A DNA stretch of 64,000 bases from positions 4,288,001 through 4,352,000 of the forward strand of contig OZ243927.1 of NCBI GenBank assembly GCA_965213925.1. The letters run 5' to 3'. This document shows, one piece after another, positions 9,090 through 19,048 of the stretch (its first letter is position 1; each line of letters begins with the position of its first letter). This stretch comes from Trueperaceae bacterium (GTDB lineage: Bacteria; Deinococcota; Deinococci; Deinococcales; Trueperaceae). The notes under the pieces are model-generated. The model was not told where the DNA came from. It searched no databases and saw only the letters and a list, made by a program, of their open reading frames with translations. The position numbers and the translations under genes were made by a program.

Positions 9090-10919
9090 CTACCGCCGCT
9101 TCTTCGTATACCCTGCCGGAACGCGCATCCTTCTCTCGGCGTCCCTTGCCGAGAGCATCGCGTTGATCTCTTTGAGTTCGGCGTAGTACTGCTGGAGCTT
9201 GTCAGTGGGCAAATTCGGGTCGGTCAGGTACGAGCTGACCTCTTGCATCCGCTCCAAGAGGCGCTTGCGCTGGTTCTCCTTTTCGCCCGTGAGGTAGAGT
9301 TCGCGTAAGCGTGAGAGCGACTTCTGAAGATGCCCGTCCACGTCAATGCGCATCTCCTCGTCGCGCCGCTCCGCGAAAAGCCGCTCGAAGAGGATGCGCC
9401 CTTCGTCGCGCTCGCGGTAGTGGAGTAAGACGCGCTGGTCGTCGTAGTCTTCAGCCTCACAAATCGCGTGAAATTCGCGCAGGAGGGAGTCGCCTTCGGC
9501 GGGTAGCGACGCCTCGAGCGTCAGCAACCGTTCGCGGAGGCGGTAGGGCTCTAGGAGCAAGAGGGCGATGGTCTCTAACTCGATGACCGCCACCTGCGAC
9601 GTGCTCCCCTGGCGCTGCATCCCTTTGACCTGCGTTTCACTCAAAGTATTACGTCGGCGCGTTCTCGAGCTGACCCACTCGTCTAAACGCGAGCCCTCAA
9701 TCTTCAAGTGGTCGACGACTAAGCGGCGCATCTCGGTGGCGACGGGGTCAAAGACATCGCGCGGTTGTAGCGCGGGTAAAAGGTCTTGCAAGATGGCTTT
9801 TTTGCCCTCCACCGTGTTTCTGTCGTACTTCGCCAACATGCTCTGAAAGCGAAACTCGACTTCGGACACGCCGCCCGAGAGCGCACCCCGAAATTCATCA
9901 ATGAAGCCGCCCAGCACCGCGTCGGCAGGGTCTTTGCCGTGGGGCACGCGCACCGCCCGTACCAAGAACTGCCGCCCGACGGACTGCTCCAAGCCTGATA
10001 AAACCGCCCGCTGCCCCGCCTCGTCCGCGTCGAACGCTAGGAGGAGTTTGGACACGTCTAAGCGGCTCAGTTGCGCGGCTTGTTCGGCGGTCAGGGTTGC
10101 ACCCAAAGCTGCCACCGCGTTTTCAAAGCCCGTCTGATGAAGCGCAATCACGTCCATATACCCTTCAACGACGATACACTCGCCCGAGTCGCGAATGGCG
10201 CTCTTGGCGAGGTCTAAGCCGTAGAGGAGTTCGCCCTTATTAAAAATGTCGGTTTCCGGTGTGTTCATGTACTTAGGCAGCGAGTCGTCCAGTACACGCC
10301 CCGAAAAGCCCACCGTCCGCCCGAGATAGTCCTTGATAGGAAACATGACACGGTTTCGGAACCTATCGTAGCGCCGCCCCGAGCCCGACTCGGCGAGGAG
10401 CCCTGCATCTAAGAGGTCCTGTTCGGGCACGCCTTTATTCAGCGCGTACTTTAAGAGGTTGTCCCAGCCTTCGGGCGCGAAACCGAGTTCGAACGTCTCG
10501 ATACTTTCCGGTGTCAGCCTGCGCTCTAAGAGGTAGTTTTCGGCGACGCCGGGCAAATGGGCGCGGAAGAACTCGAGCGCCACCTTGTTCACGTCGAAGA
10601 GGTCGCGGCGCTTATTAGTCTGCGGCGTGGCGGGCGTGACCTCGACGCCTGCGCGTTGCCCTAAATACGAGAGCGCCTCGTAGAACTGGACGTTCTGCGT
10701 CTGCATCACGAAATCAAAGACGTCGCCCTTCGCCTGACAGCCGAAGCAGTAGTAGAAGCCCTTATCTTGAAGCACGTGAAATGAGGGCGTCTTCTCGCTG
10801 TGAAACGGGCAGAGCCCCTTTAAGCGACCCTTGCCTGACGGTTTGAGGGCAACCGTCTCCCCCACCACCTCGGCGATGTCGAGGCGTTCGCGGATGCGTT
10901 CTTTAGCATCACTGGGCAA
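9090..10919 (-). CDS. dnaG: DNA primase
   Basis: CPFHSEKTPSF...CFGC zinc finger, RFRNRVMFPI, VVEGYMDV Toprim, FDADEAG. Confidence 0.97.
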   Translation of the reverse strand: MPSDAKERIRERLDIAEVVGETVALKPSGKGRLKGLCPFHSEKTPSFHVLQDKGFYYCFGCQAKGDVFDFVMQTQNVQFYEALSYLGQRAGVEVTPATPQTNKRRDLFDVNKVALEFFRAHLPGVAENYLLERRLTPESIETFELGFAPEGWDNLLKYALNKGVPEQDLLDAGLLAESGSGRRYDRFRNRVMFPIKDYLGRTVGFSGRVLDDSLPKYMNTPETDIFNKGELLYGLDLAKSAIRDSGECIVVEGYMDVIALHQTGFENAVAALGATLTAEQAAQLSRLDVSKLLLAFDADEAGQRAVLSGLEQSVGRQFLVRAVRVPHGKDPADAVLGGFIDEFRGALSGGVSEVEFRFQSMLAKYDRNTVEGKKAILQDLLPALQPRDVFDPVATEMRRLVVDHLKIEGSRLDEWVSSRTRRRNTLSETQVKGMQRQGSTSQVAVIELETIALLLLEPYRLRERLLTLEASLPAEGDSLLREFHAICEAEDYDDQRVLLHYRERDEGRILFERLFAERRDEEMRIDVDGHLQKSLSRLRELYLTGEKENQRKRLLERMQEVSSYLTDPNLPTDKLQQYYAELKEINAMLSARDAERRMRVPAGYTKKRR

Positions 10920-11184
10920 GGGAGGCTCCTAGAGAGGTGAGGGAGGGCGAGACAGGGTGGGAAGAGGCGAGACGAAGTGAGTAGGACATCATAGCATTTT
11001 GGAGTTTAGAAATTTCTCTACTTCACGAAGAGAGAAAGCCGCTTCAGTACACGCTTCACCATGAGAGAAACCCTGAGAACCCCGTCCTCATCGTGTCAAG
11101 GGGGTGAGTCTACAGTTTCACTTACTTGTGTACTACGCTTATTATGTGTAAGTTAGGCTCGAGAGACGATACGGTAAGCATTCA

Positions 11185-12363
11185 TCACGACTTCCCTTCA
11201 GCCGCCCGCGCCACCCGTATGACGGGTTGCCTTAAAAGCGCGAAGAGAATCGCTAACGAAATGAGCGACGCGCCTCCTACGACGTACATTAGCGCCAGCC
11301 CTACCTCATTCGCGAGCGGTTGCGTCGCGATGGGCGAGAGAAATTGCCCCAGGAAAAAGAACAGCGTCAGCCCGCCGAGCGCGCGTCCTTTGAGGCGGTC
11401 GGGTACGCGCTCCGAGAGCCACGTGTTGAGGTTCGGCATCATCAGCCCGAGCCCGACGCCGCCCAAAGCGAGACCCGTCATGATGACGAGGTAGCCGCTA
11501 CCCGCCCCGATCACCATGTAGCCTGCACCCATCACCGCGAGCGACACGACTAAGATAACGATGAAGCCAAAGCGCTTTTGGAATTTGCCGTAAAAGGTCG
11601 AAGCGATAGCACTGAAAACCGTTACGGCGGCGATGGCGAGACCGCTCTGGGTGGCGCTGGCGCTGAGGAGTTGCTCCAAGTAGAAAGGAAGCTGCACGGG
11701 CACGGTGTAAAACACCACTTGCATGACGAGCGCCACCCCGTAGATGATGCTCAGCAGTCGCCACGGGAGGTGTGAAAGAGGTGCGCCACTGCCGCTATCT
11801 GTTTGACGTTCTGGTTCGTACAGCGCGAAGGCGATAAAGGGCAAGAGGACAAAGGCGAAGAGGTAGATGAGAAAGGGAAAGCGCCAACTCAGATCAGCCA
11901 GCACGCCGCCCAAAGATAGAAAGAGGACGCCGCCCAAACTCATAAAGGTCGCTTGCAACCCCAAAAGCTGGGCGCGTTCGTCGCCCTCGTAATAGTCGGT
12001 GAAAAGCGTCGTGACCGTCGTCATGATGCCCGCTACCGCCAGACCTAGAAGCGCACGCCCGGCGAGGAGCGCCCATAGGCTGTCTAGCACAACCCCCGAC
12101 GCGCCTGCAAATCCGTAGAGGACCACCGACACGGTTAAAAGCCCTTTGCGCCCCCAACTATCCGTGAGCACGCCCGCGATAGGCGCACCGATGACGATAA
12201 AGAGCGCGGGCATCGTCAGCACCAAGCGCACCCAATAGTCAGCGCTGGGCACGTCCGAAAAAAACGCCTGAATTGCAGGTAATGAGGGAGAAATCGTCGC
12301 CCCCGACATCACCGTGAGGGTACTCGTTACGAGCAGCGTGCCTTTAATAAGGGCTGGGCGCAT
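11185..12363 (-). CDS. MFS transporter
   Basis: 12-TM pattern, GVLTDSWGRK motif A. Confidence 0.9.
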   Translation of the reverse strand: MRPALIKGTLLVTSTLTVMSGATISPSLPAIQAFFSDVPSADYWVRLVLTMPALFIVIGAPIAGVLTDSWGRKGLLTVSVVLYGFAGASGVVLDSLWALLAGRALLGLAVAGIMTTVTTLFTDYYEGDERAQLLGLQATFMSLGGVLFLSLGGVLADLSWRFPFLIYLFAFVLLPFIAFALYEPERQTDSGSGAPLSHLPWRLLSIIYGVALVMQVVFYTVPVQLPFYLEQLLSASATQSGLAIAAVTVFSAIASTFYGKFQKRFGFIVILVVSLAVMGAGYMVIGAGSGYLVIMTGLALGGVGLGLMMPNLNTWLSERVPDRLKGRALGGLTLFFFLGQFLSPIATQPLANEVGLALMYVVGGASLISLAILFALLRQPVIRVARAAEGKS

Positions 12364-12389
12364 GGCTTCTCCTTGTAAGCTAAGATGAC

Positions 12390-12479
12390 GCAGAGATAGG
12401 TTTCAAATTCGCCCCTGCGCCGCTCGCTCCACCACACTTCACTCGTGCGGCGTAGGGGCGATTCATGAATCGCCCCTAC
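12390..12479. repeat. GTAG-type REP doublet
   Basis: GTAGGGGCGATTCATGAATCGCCCCTAC at 12452-12479 plus a degenerate partner at 12390-12419. Confidence 0.8.
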
Positions 12480-12483
12480 TGAA

Positions 12484-13026
12484 TTATTTGCCTGCGTCTT
12501 CGGGATAGAGCGGCAGATGCCCGAGCGTGATCACGTCATCGCGCTCATCGCCTTCGGTCAAGACCGCAAAGGTCGCCACGACTTTCCCGCCCATTTCATC
12601 AATCAGCTCGCTCAGCACGCGCAAGGTCTCGCCGGTACTCACCACGTCGTCCACAATGGCGACGCGCTGACCCTCTATCTGCGGCTTGTTCGAGCCGTCA
12701 ATCACTAGATTCTGCGGTTTGCCCGTGGTGATTGAGACGACGCTCTTACTCACCGCATCAATCATGTAAGGCTTCTCCGTTTTGCGAGCGACGACATAAG
12801 GAATGCCTGTGCGTGCACTCATCGCGTGGGCTAAAGGCACCGCTTTAACCTCGGGCGTCACAAACGTGTCCACGTTCTCGGGCATCTGCTTGAGGAGTTC
12901 GTCCGCCGCCGCTTCGGTGAGTTTGGTGTCACCCAAGAGGTTGAGAAGCGCTACGGAGACGTCGCCGACGTTGATGATAGGAAGGTCGCGCTGTTCACTG
13001 CCGATCGTCACGGAATGAGTGGGCAT
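12484..13026 (-). CDS. apt: Adenine phosphoribosyltransferase, Thermus-type
   Basis: [15 protein letters not shown] motif; [21 protein letters not shown] and SITTGKPQ recalled as typical of Thermus APRT. Confidence 0.75.
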   Translation of the reverse strand: MPTHSVTIGSEQRDLPIINVGDVSVALLNLLGDTKLTEAAADELLKQMPENVDTFVTPEVKAVPLAHAMSARTGIPYVVARKTEKPYMIDAVSKSVVSITTGKPQNLVIDGSNKPQIEGQRVAIVDDVVSTGETLRVLSELIDEMGGKVVATFAVLTEGDERDDVITLGHLPLYPEDAGK

Positions 13027-13120
13027 AAGTAAGGTCTCCTCGAGAGGTTACGTTAGTCATACCACAACCAGTGGAGGGCGTTAGGGACGTTGCGCTTAGC
13101 GAGAGTTTAGAGCGTCTAAG

Positions 13121-13218
13121 AGCAATGAGCAATGAGTTCCAAGCAATGAGTCTAAAGCCTTTCACTCGTTGCTCACCGTACCGTCCAGCTCGACTGGATT
13201 GCTCGGTACTCATTGCTC
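13121..13218. repeat. Heptamer-based hairpin repeat
   Basis: AGCAATGAGCAATGAG...CTCGTTGCTC...CTCATTGCTC. Confidence 0.7.
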
Positions 13219-13842
13219 CTACAACCTTCTCTCCTTCGCATAGAGCGCCGCTTGCACCCTGTCTTTGACGCCCAACTTGGCGAAAATACTGCTCACATGC
13301 ACTTTGACCGTCTTTTCCGCGATGCCTAAAGCTGACGCGATGCGCTTGTTACTCATGCCTTCAGCGAGATGATTTAAGACCTCACGCTCTCTCGAGGTCA
13401 AACTTCCTAGCGGGTCGTCAAACGGTTGTGCGAGCATCCTCGTCGCTTCTGGGTCGAGCGGCAGTTCACCTCTTAAAGCAGCGCGAAGGGCGTCCGCGAG
13501 CCTATCCGGTCCCGAATGTTTGACCAAAAAACCCGACGCGCCTAGACGAAGAGCCTCACGCAGATAATCCTCTTCTAAAAAGCTCGTCAGCATAAGGACT
13601 TTAGGAGGTGACGCTAAGCTCAAGAGTTTGGGCAGGAGCCGTAATCCGTTCTCGCCGGGGAGTTGCACGTCTAAAAGGACCAGTTCGGGTTGCGTTCTAT
13701 TCACCAACTCGAGCCCAGAAACCGCGTCCCCCGCTTCGCCTACGACTTCGAAGTTTTGCAGTTCCAAAAACGCCTTTAAGCCTTCGCGCACGATAGGGTG
13801 GTCATCCACAATCACGAGGCGGGCGTTGGGGGTCTCAGCCAT
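13219..13842 (-). CDS. NarL/LuxR-family response regulator
   Basis: IVDDHPIVREG receiver; LTSREREVL...KTVKVHVSSIFAKL HTH. Confidence 0.93.
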   Translation of the reverse strand: MAETPNARLVIVDDHPIVREGLKAFLELQNFEVVGEAGDAVSGLELVNRTQPELVLLDVQLPGENGLRLLPKLLSLASPPKVLMLTSFLEEDYLREALRLGASGFLVKHSGPDRLADALRAALRGELPLDPEATRMLAQPFDDPLGSLTSREREVLNHLAEGMSNKRIASALGIAEKTVKVHVSSIFAKLGVKDRVQAALYAKERRL

Positions 13843-14986
13843 TGGGGAGTGTGACCTCGAGGCGCAACCCTTGAGAAGAGGTCAGCTCGAGCCTCCCGCC
13901 GAGCGATTCAGCCCGCATCCTCACGCTTCTGAGTCCGAGCCCATACTCAACCTCTTCAGATAACCCTCGCCCATCGTCCTCGATGCTCAATGTGACCTCT
14001 TGTCCATCTCGCATCAGACGAATCCAAATATTGTTTGCACCCGCGTGTCTGAGCGCGTTATGCAGCGCTTCTTGGGCGACGCGGTAAAGCGCTTCGGCGT
14101 GGCGTTCGCTTAGCGTGAGGGGTTCGGTCTCGAGGTGCACCTTCACCCCCGTCTCTTGCGTGCGCTGCGCCAACCGTGAGAGCGCACTCGGCAAGCCTTG
14201 CGAGAGGTCGGCGGGGCGCAGCACTTCGACCAAGCCGCGCAGTTCGCCTAACGCATGATTCACTAGTTCAGCACCTCTCGCCAAACTTCGTTCCTGCTGC
14301 TCGCCCCGTCCCTCTTGCGCGACCTTGAGAGACAACTCCGCCCCGAAGAGAAGCTGCGCCACCGAGTCGTGCATCTCGGTGGCGAGGCGTTGGCGCTCCT
14401 CCAAGGTCGCCGCGTACCGCGCTTCACGCTCCCGTTCGGCTTGAAGTTTAGAACGCTCGAACGCCGTGCCGAGTTGCCGCCCCACCGTCGTCAAAAAGGC
14501 CAGCGTGTCCGCGTCAAACCGCTCGCGCCCTGCCGCCGCGAGGTTGAGAATCCCGACCGGACCGCTCTGCCCTAAAAGCGGCATACTGGCGTGAATTTCC
14601 AAGCCCTCTTTATCCTCCGTCGCCGCTTCTAAGCGGCTGCAGTGCACGATGTTGACACCTCTATCCAACTTACCTTGCTTAAAGAGCCACTGACAGTCAC
14701 AACTGCCGCCGCAAAGAGGTGCGTTATCGTCGCGGCTCAGCGCGGGCGGCAAGCCCGTTACCGCAGCAACCCGGAAGCTCCCCTGGTGGCTGTCACCCTG
14801 CGAGACGCGGGTTAGAAAGACCCAGCCCGCCTTGAGGTCTAAGAGGTCCACGAGCCGTTTCAAAGCACGCTGAGCCGCCACCGAAAAGTCACCCTCAGCG
14901 TTCAAGATGTCACCGACGGCATTCAGGGTGGAGAGTTCGCTGAGGCGCTGTTCGAGGTTGCGAGCTGATAGGTCCTGTACGTTCAT
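13835..14986 (-). CDS. GAF-domain sensor histidine kinase (YhcY/AirS-like, HisKA_3)
   Basis: GWVFL...LPPAL...CGGSCDC...NIVHCSRLE GAF; ERQRLATEMHDSVAQ H-box; EALHNALRH, DDGRG. Confidence 0.9.
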   Translation of the reverse strand: MNVQDLSARNLEQRLSELSTLNAVGDILNAEGDFSVAAQRALKRLVDLLDLKAGWVFLTRVSQGDSHQGSFRVAAVTGLPPALSRDDNAPLCGGSCDCQWLFKQGKLDRGVNIVHCSRLEAATEDKEGLEIHASMPLLGQSGPVGILNLAAAGRERFDADTLAFLTTVGRQLGTAFERSKLQAEREREARYAATLEERQRLATEMHDSVAQLLFGAELSLKVAQEGRGEQQERSLARGAELVNHALGELRGLVEVLRPADLSQGLPSALSRLAQRTQETGVKVHLETEPLTLSERHAEALYRVAQEALHNALRHAGANNIWIRLMRDGQEVTLSIEDDGRGLSEEVEYGLGLRSVRMRAESLGGRLELTSSQGLRLEVTLPNG

Positions 14987-15125
14987 GTGGCTCCTGCGGC
15001 GTGAAAGGGGTCAGGGATTAGAATCCAGCCCACACCTTCTACTGTCTACCGAATTCTGACTACTGTCTACTCTTTTTACCAAATTCTGCTACGCTGTCCT
15101 CAATTCAACCTGAAGGAGAACCACC

Positions 15126-16436
15126 ATGCGGCGACTCTCGAGCTTTTTTGTAACCGTGATGCAGCGCTTTTTACCCGACCCCTGGGTGCTGGCGATTATC
15201 CTGAGCCTTATCGTGTACGCTGCGGGACTCCTCTTAACGGGCTCGAATCCTCTGCAGATGGTGACGTTTTGGGGTGACGGGTTCTTCGGGCTTTTAGAGT
15301 TTTCCATGCAGATGGTCCTCATCTTGGTGACGGGCTACGCGCTGGCGAGTACGGCGCTCGTGAAAGGTGGGCTCGAGGCGGTCGCCAAACGCGCCGGGAA
15401 CGCGGGCAACGCGGTCATGATCACAACCGTCTTCGCCGTCGTCGCCAGTTGGCTCAACTGGGGCTTCGGGCTCATCGTCGGGGCGCTTTTAGCTAAAGAG
15501 ATGGCGCGGCAGGTCGAAAACGTGGACTACCGCTTGCTGATTGCGGCGGCGTACAGCGGTTTTTTGGTGTGGCACGCCGGGCTCTCAGGCTCAATCCCTT
15601 TAGTCATCGCTACCGAAGGGCACTTCTTAGCGGAGCAGATGGGCGTCATCCCGACCTCACAGACGATTTTCACGGTGTATAACCTCGTCATCGTTTCCGC
15701 GCTCCTCATCGCGTTGCCGCTCACCAATAGACTGATGCTGCCTGCCGAGGGTGAGCGGGTCGTCGTGGACGCGGCGAAGTTAGAGGAGGACGAGGTAGAC
15801 GCGGACGACCTGCGCGGGACGCCAGCGGAGACGCTCGAGACTACCCCCTGGCTCTCTATAATTATCGGCGTCGGCGGGCTCGCTTACCTCTTCAGCTACT
15901 TCGCGGCGGGCGGCGGGTTGGGGCTCAATATCGTCATTTTCATCTTTTTTATGCTGGGTATCCTCCTGCACGGCACACCGCGCAACTACATCGCCTCATT
16001 CATCGAAGCGGTCAAAGGTAGCTCGGGCATCATCTTGCAGTTCCCCTTCTACGCCGGGATTTTAGGCATGATGGACAGCTCGGGCTTGGTGGACATTATC
16101 GCGGGCTGGTTCGTGGCGGTCTCGACGGCGCAGACGCTGCCCTTCTGGTCGTTTATCAGCGGCGGCGTGGTCAACTTCTTTACGCCTTCGGGCGGCGGGC
16201 AGTGGGCGGTGCAAGGTCCCATCATGATTCAAGCCTCGGAGCAGTTAGGCGCAGACCTCGCCAAAGTCTCGATGGGTGTGGCGTGGGGCGACGCCTGGAG
16301 CAACATGGTACAACCGTTTTGGCTCTTGCCTGCGCTTGGGATTGCCGGGTTAGAAGCGCGGGATGTAATGGGGTTTTGCGTGATGGCGCTGCTTGTTTCG
16401 GGCGTCCTCATCACGTTGGGGTTGCTTATTCTTTGA
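15126..16436 (+). CDS. atoE: Short-chain fatty acid transporter (AtoE family)
   Basis: RFLPDP, FSMQMVLILVTG, PSGGGQWAVQGP and WGDAWSNMVQPFW motifs. Confidence 0.88.
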   Translation: MRRLSSFFVTVMQRFLPDPWVLAIILSLIVYAAGLLLTGSNPLQMVTFWGDGFFGLLEFSMQMVLILVTGYALASTALVKGGLEAVAKRAGNAGNAVMITTVFAVVASWLNWGFGLIVGALLAKEMARQVENVDYRLLIAAAYSGFLVWHAGLSGSIPLVIATEGHFLAEQMGVIPTSQTIFTVYNLVIVSALLIALPLTNRLMLPAEGERVVVDAAKLEEDEVDADDLRGTPAETLETTPWLSIIIGVGGLAYLFSYFAAGGGLGLNIVIFIFFMLGILLHGTPRNYIASFIEAVKGSSGIILQFPFYAGILGMMDSSGLVDIIAGWFVAVSTAQTLPFWSFISGGVVNFFTPSGGGQWAVQGPIMIQASEQLGADLAKVSMGVAWGDAWSNMVQPFWLLPALGIAGLEARDVMGFCVMALLVSGVLITLGLLIL

Positions 16437-16445
16437 CTTTGAGAA

Positions 16446-16519
16446 GCAATGAGCAATGAGGAACGAGCAATGAGTAAAAACCTTTAGACTCATTGCTCAT
16501 TGCTTTCAACTCATTGCTG
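16446..16519. repeat. Heptamer-based hairpin repeat / possible terminator
   Basis: GCAATGAGCAATGAG...CTCATTGCTCATTGC. Confidence 0.7.
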
Positions 16520-16548
16520 TTTTGTGCCACTGCTCACGTAATCCCTCT

Positions 16549-17158
16549 TCAAAACGTATCTTCAAGCGAAAGGGCTACGCGGAGCGCTTGACCGAGTTCG
16601 GACAGAGTATCCTCTCCCAAGTTACCTACGTAGTTTGTCAGCACAGATTTTGGCAAGCTGACGAGGGTGTCACAGTGAACGCTCGAGCTGCGCTTTAACC
16701 CCTCGTCAATCCCGACGGCAACTTGCGTGCTCAGCGCGTCATACGGATTCCGTTTAATTCCCTATCACCGAGAAAAGCGTTCGATGATAGTCCATACACT
16801 CGAGTCCGTTTCGCAAGGGCGAAAACTACGTAAATCTTTGTTCCTTCTCGCAGAGAAGCCTTTAGCAGCAGGTCTAGCGGGAGCGGTCCACGCGCGACGC
16901 ATCTGGTCATCGAGTCAGCGTGTTAATAACGGCATGGTACGCCCTGCTAAAGGCTCTTTTCCGCTCGGATTGATTCGCTATGTTAGCGAATCAATCGGAA
17001 TCCTTATCATAGCGTGAATAGACGGGCGCACAGATGACGGTGGAGTAGGCTGAGTCTAGCAGCACCTGACGGCTCACGACCACGTAAACTCGGTAGGCTC
17101 GGGGGTCTTTATCGGGTGTGTTGGGGCGCTTGACGCGGTAGAGGTCCCCGCGCTTCAC
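16549..17158 (-). pseudogene. mazF: MazF/PemK toxin interrupted by a MITE
   Basis: 5' half [12 protein letters not shown]...RVYVVVSRQ...[13 protein letters not shown] and 3' half [42 protein letters not shown]...[12 protein letters not shown] join in frame if the insert is removed. Confidence 0.9.
16742..17006. mobile_element. 265-bp MITE family C inside mazF, TSD TCA
   Basis: 23-bp imperfect TIRs TACGGATTCCGTTTAATTCCCTA / TAAGGATTCCGATTGATTCGCTA (rc); TCA at 16739-41 and 17007-09. Confidence 0.9.
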
Positions 17159-17178
17159 GGCTGCTCTTGACTCTCCTC

Positions 17179-17406
17179 CTAAAAAACCTGCCCGACAAGG
17201 CTCAGGGTGTCGTGTGCTTCTTCGTTCAGCGCGTCCGCGCTACCCTGCAAGCGTTCCGCGTCACGCGCGTCCCTCTTGGCGCGTTCGCGCTTTTGCACGA
17301 GCTGCCGCGCCGCATCGAGAAAGAAAGCGCTGCGAGACTCGCTCTCCAAAAGCGCGTCGTCAATACGGTTTAGAAGCTTAGCGTCCAAGGTGATACTGGT
17401 TTTCAT
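17179..17406 (-). CDS. Ribbon-helix-helix antitoxin (MazE/CopG-like)
   Basis: [16 protein letters not shown]...[13 protein letters not shown] pattern, directly upstream of mazF; TATACT 7 nt upstream (leaderless). Confidence 0.82.
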   Translation of the reverse strand: MKTSITLDAKLLNRIDDALLESESRSAFFLDAARQLVQKRERAKRDARDAERLQGSADALNEEAHDTLSLVGQVF

Positions 17407-17445
17407 ACCGCGCAGTATACCAAAGTTTGCGGTACTATTGACCCT

Positions 17446-17817
17446 TCAGGATATGTCTTTATGCCACCACTCGAGCCACTCTCTACACAACCCTTCACGA
17501 TTGAATCTTCCGACGCTCACGCCGTTGACTACGGCTCGCTCTCTCGTCTTCGCGTCGGTGTAATGTGCTTGCCAGTTCACCACCGCCCGCTCAGCCGTCA
17601 CCGCTAAAACCTCAAACGATACGCTGACCTCTTCTTGCTCCGCGATCATCTCTCGCCAATACCTCTCGACCTCTTCACGTCCTCTAAGCGGTTCGCCAAA
17701 AGGATCCTCACGGTAAGAAACGTCCGTACTGAAGAGGTTAGCGGCTGCCTGGGCGTCCCGGTTCTCCCAAGCCTCACCCAGACGCTGCATCCAACTCGCA
17801 AAACTTGCTTCGGTCAC
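17446..17817 (-). CDS. NTF2/SnoaL-like protein
   Basis: AWENRDAQAAANLFSTDVSYREDPF...LRGREEVERYW. Confidence 0.85.
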   Translation of the reverse strand: MTEASFASWMQRLGEAWENRDAQAAANLFSTDVSYREDPFGEPLRGREEVERYWREMIAEQEEVSVSFEVLAVTAERAVVNWQAHYTDAKTRERAVVNGVSVGRFNREGLCREWLEWWHKDIS

Positions 17818-18620
17818 GGCTCAATCGCCCTGATGTAACGCTCCGCCGAACGTCGCACCGCGTCTTTCGCGTCCTCTTTCACCACTGCGTCCCACCACGC
17901 ACCGTAGATACGCTCGAAGGCAAGAGGTCGGACGCTCTCGGCGATGTGCTCGACCTTTCTAGCGGGAAGCGGGATGAGGTTGGGATAGCTGTACATGAAG
18001 CTGACGAACGTTCTGTCGGGGATGACTTGGATGATGTCACCTGTAAGAAGAGCGCCGCGTCCGTCTGCGCCGTCAGACCAGTGCAAAACCGTGCCCCCGG
18101 CGAAGTGACCCCCTAAGCGGAGAAGCGTCAAACCGCCGAAGAGGTCTTTTTGTTCGCCGTCCCAGAACTCAATCTCTGGACTAGGGCGCATGACCCACTC
18201 GCGGTCAGCAGCGTGGAGGTAGACCGGGGCGTTAAAAGCTCGAGCATACTCGATCACCGAGCTGTAGTAGTGCGGATGCGAAACCGCAACCCCTTGTACA
18301 CCGCCCAAGTCGTTCAGTGCTGTAACCGTCGCGTCATCAAGCAAGCTGACGCAGTCCCACAAGAGGTTGCCCTCGTCCGTTTGCACCAGAAGCGCCCGCT
18401 GCCCGATGGCGAACTTGGGCTCGGTGCCGACGCCTGTGAGGTTGGACCCCAGCGTCTCGATACGGTTGCGATGGTCTTTTCGCAGTTCGTCCAACGTCGT
18501 CCACTGCTGCCCGCCCTGATTGACGTACTGCCGCTCGTCTTCGCAGATGGGGCAGTGCTCGGGTGGCGCGTCCGTCGCGGCGAACTGCGTGCCGCAAGTG
18601 ATACAGATGAAGTTAGGCAT
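17814..18620 (-). CDS. MBL-fold metallohydrolase with N-terminal Cys knuckle
   Basis: CITCG...CPICEDERQY, SHPHYY, GGHFAG, LTGDI. Confidence 0.88.
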   Translation of the reverse strand: MPNFICITCGTQFAATDAPPEHCPICEDERQYVNQGGQQWTTLDELRKDHRNRIETLGSNLTGVGTEPKFAIGQRALLVQTDEGNLLWDCVSLLDDATVTALNDLGGVQGVAVSHPHYYSSVIEYARAFNAPVYLHAADREWVMRPSPEIEFWDGEQKDLFGGLTLLRLGGHFAGGTVLHWSDGADGRGALLTGDIIQVIPDRTFVSFMYSYPNLIPLPARKVEHIAESVRPLAFERIYGAWWDAVVKEDAKDAVRRSAERYIRAIEP

Positions 18621-18643
18621 TGCTTCTCCTCATAGCGTCAAGC

Positions 18644-19048
18644 TTACCAATGTGCTTGTCCCGCCTCTTTGAGCGCGTGCTCGCGCCAGCAGGTCACCTC
18701 TAAGAAATTCCCGTCAGGGTCGGTGAAGTAGAGCCCGGTGGCGGATTCACGCTTGAGCACGTCGAGGTCTTCCAGCTTAGGCTTGAGTTGTGTCAAAAAG
18801 CTTCTTGGCGCACGAAACGCGAGGTGGGCGGAGAGGTCGAGACCTGTTTTCTCCGCCAATACCTTCGGCGTCTGCTCGGGCGCGAGCGTCAGGTTGAGCG
18901 TTTGACCCGGACCGAAGTTGAGCCAGAGGTAGGAGGAGGTGAGAGGTCTCGAGTCCACCACCCGCATTCCTAAAACGTTGCGGTAAAACGCTACCGACTT
19001 CTCAATATCTGAAACGCAGATCGCCGCATGGTCGAGTCCTTGAATCAC
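18644..19048 (-). CDS. VOC/glyoxalase family protein
   Basis: GLDHAAICVSDIEKSVAFYRNVLG, HLAF, YFTDPDGNFLE; GTG start overlaps the QueA-like stop. Confidence 0.88.
   Translation of the reverse strand: MIQGLDHAAICVSDIEKSVAFYRNVLGMRVVDSRPLTSSYLWLNFGPGQTLNLTLAPEQTPKVLAEKTGLDLSAHLAFRAPRSFLTQLKPKLEDLDVLKRESATGLYFTDPDGNFLEVTCWREHALKEAGQAHW

Noticed and set aside
16727..17017. 96-aa plus-strand ORF
   Set aside because: It is just an open frame across the MITE inside mazF; no RBS or recognisable motif.
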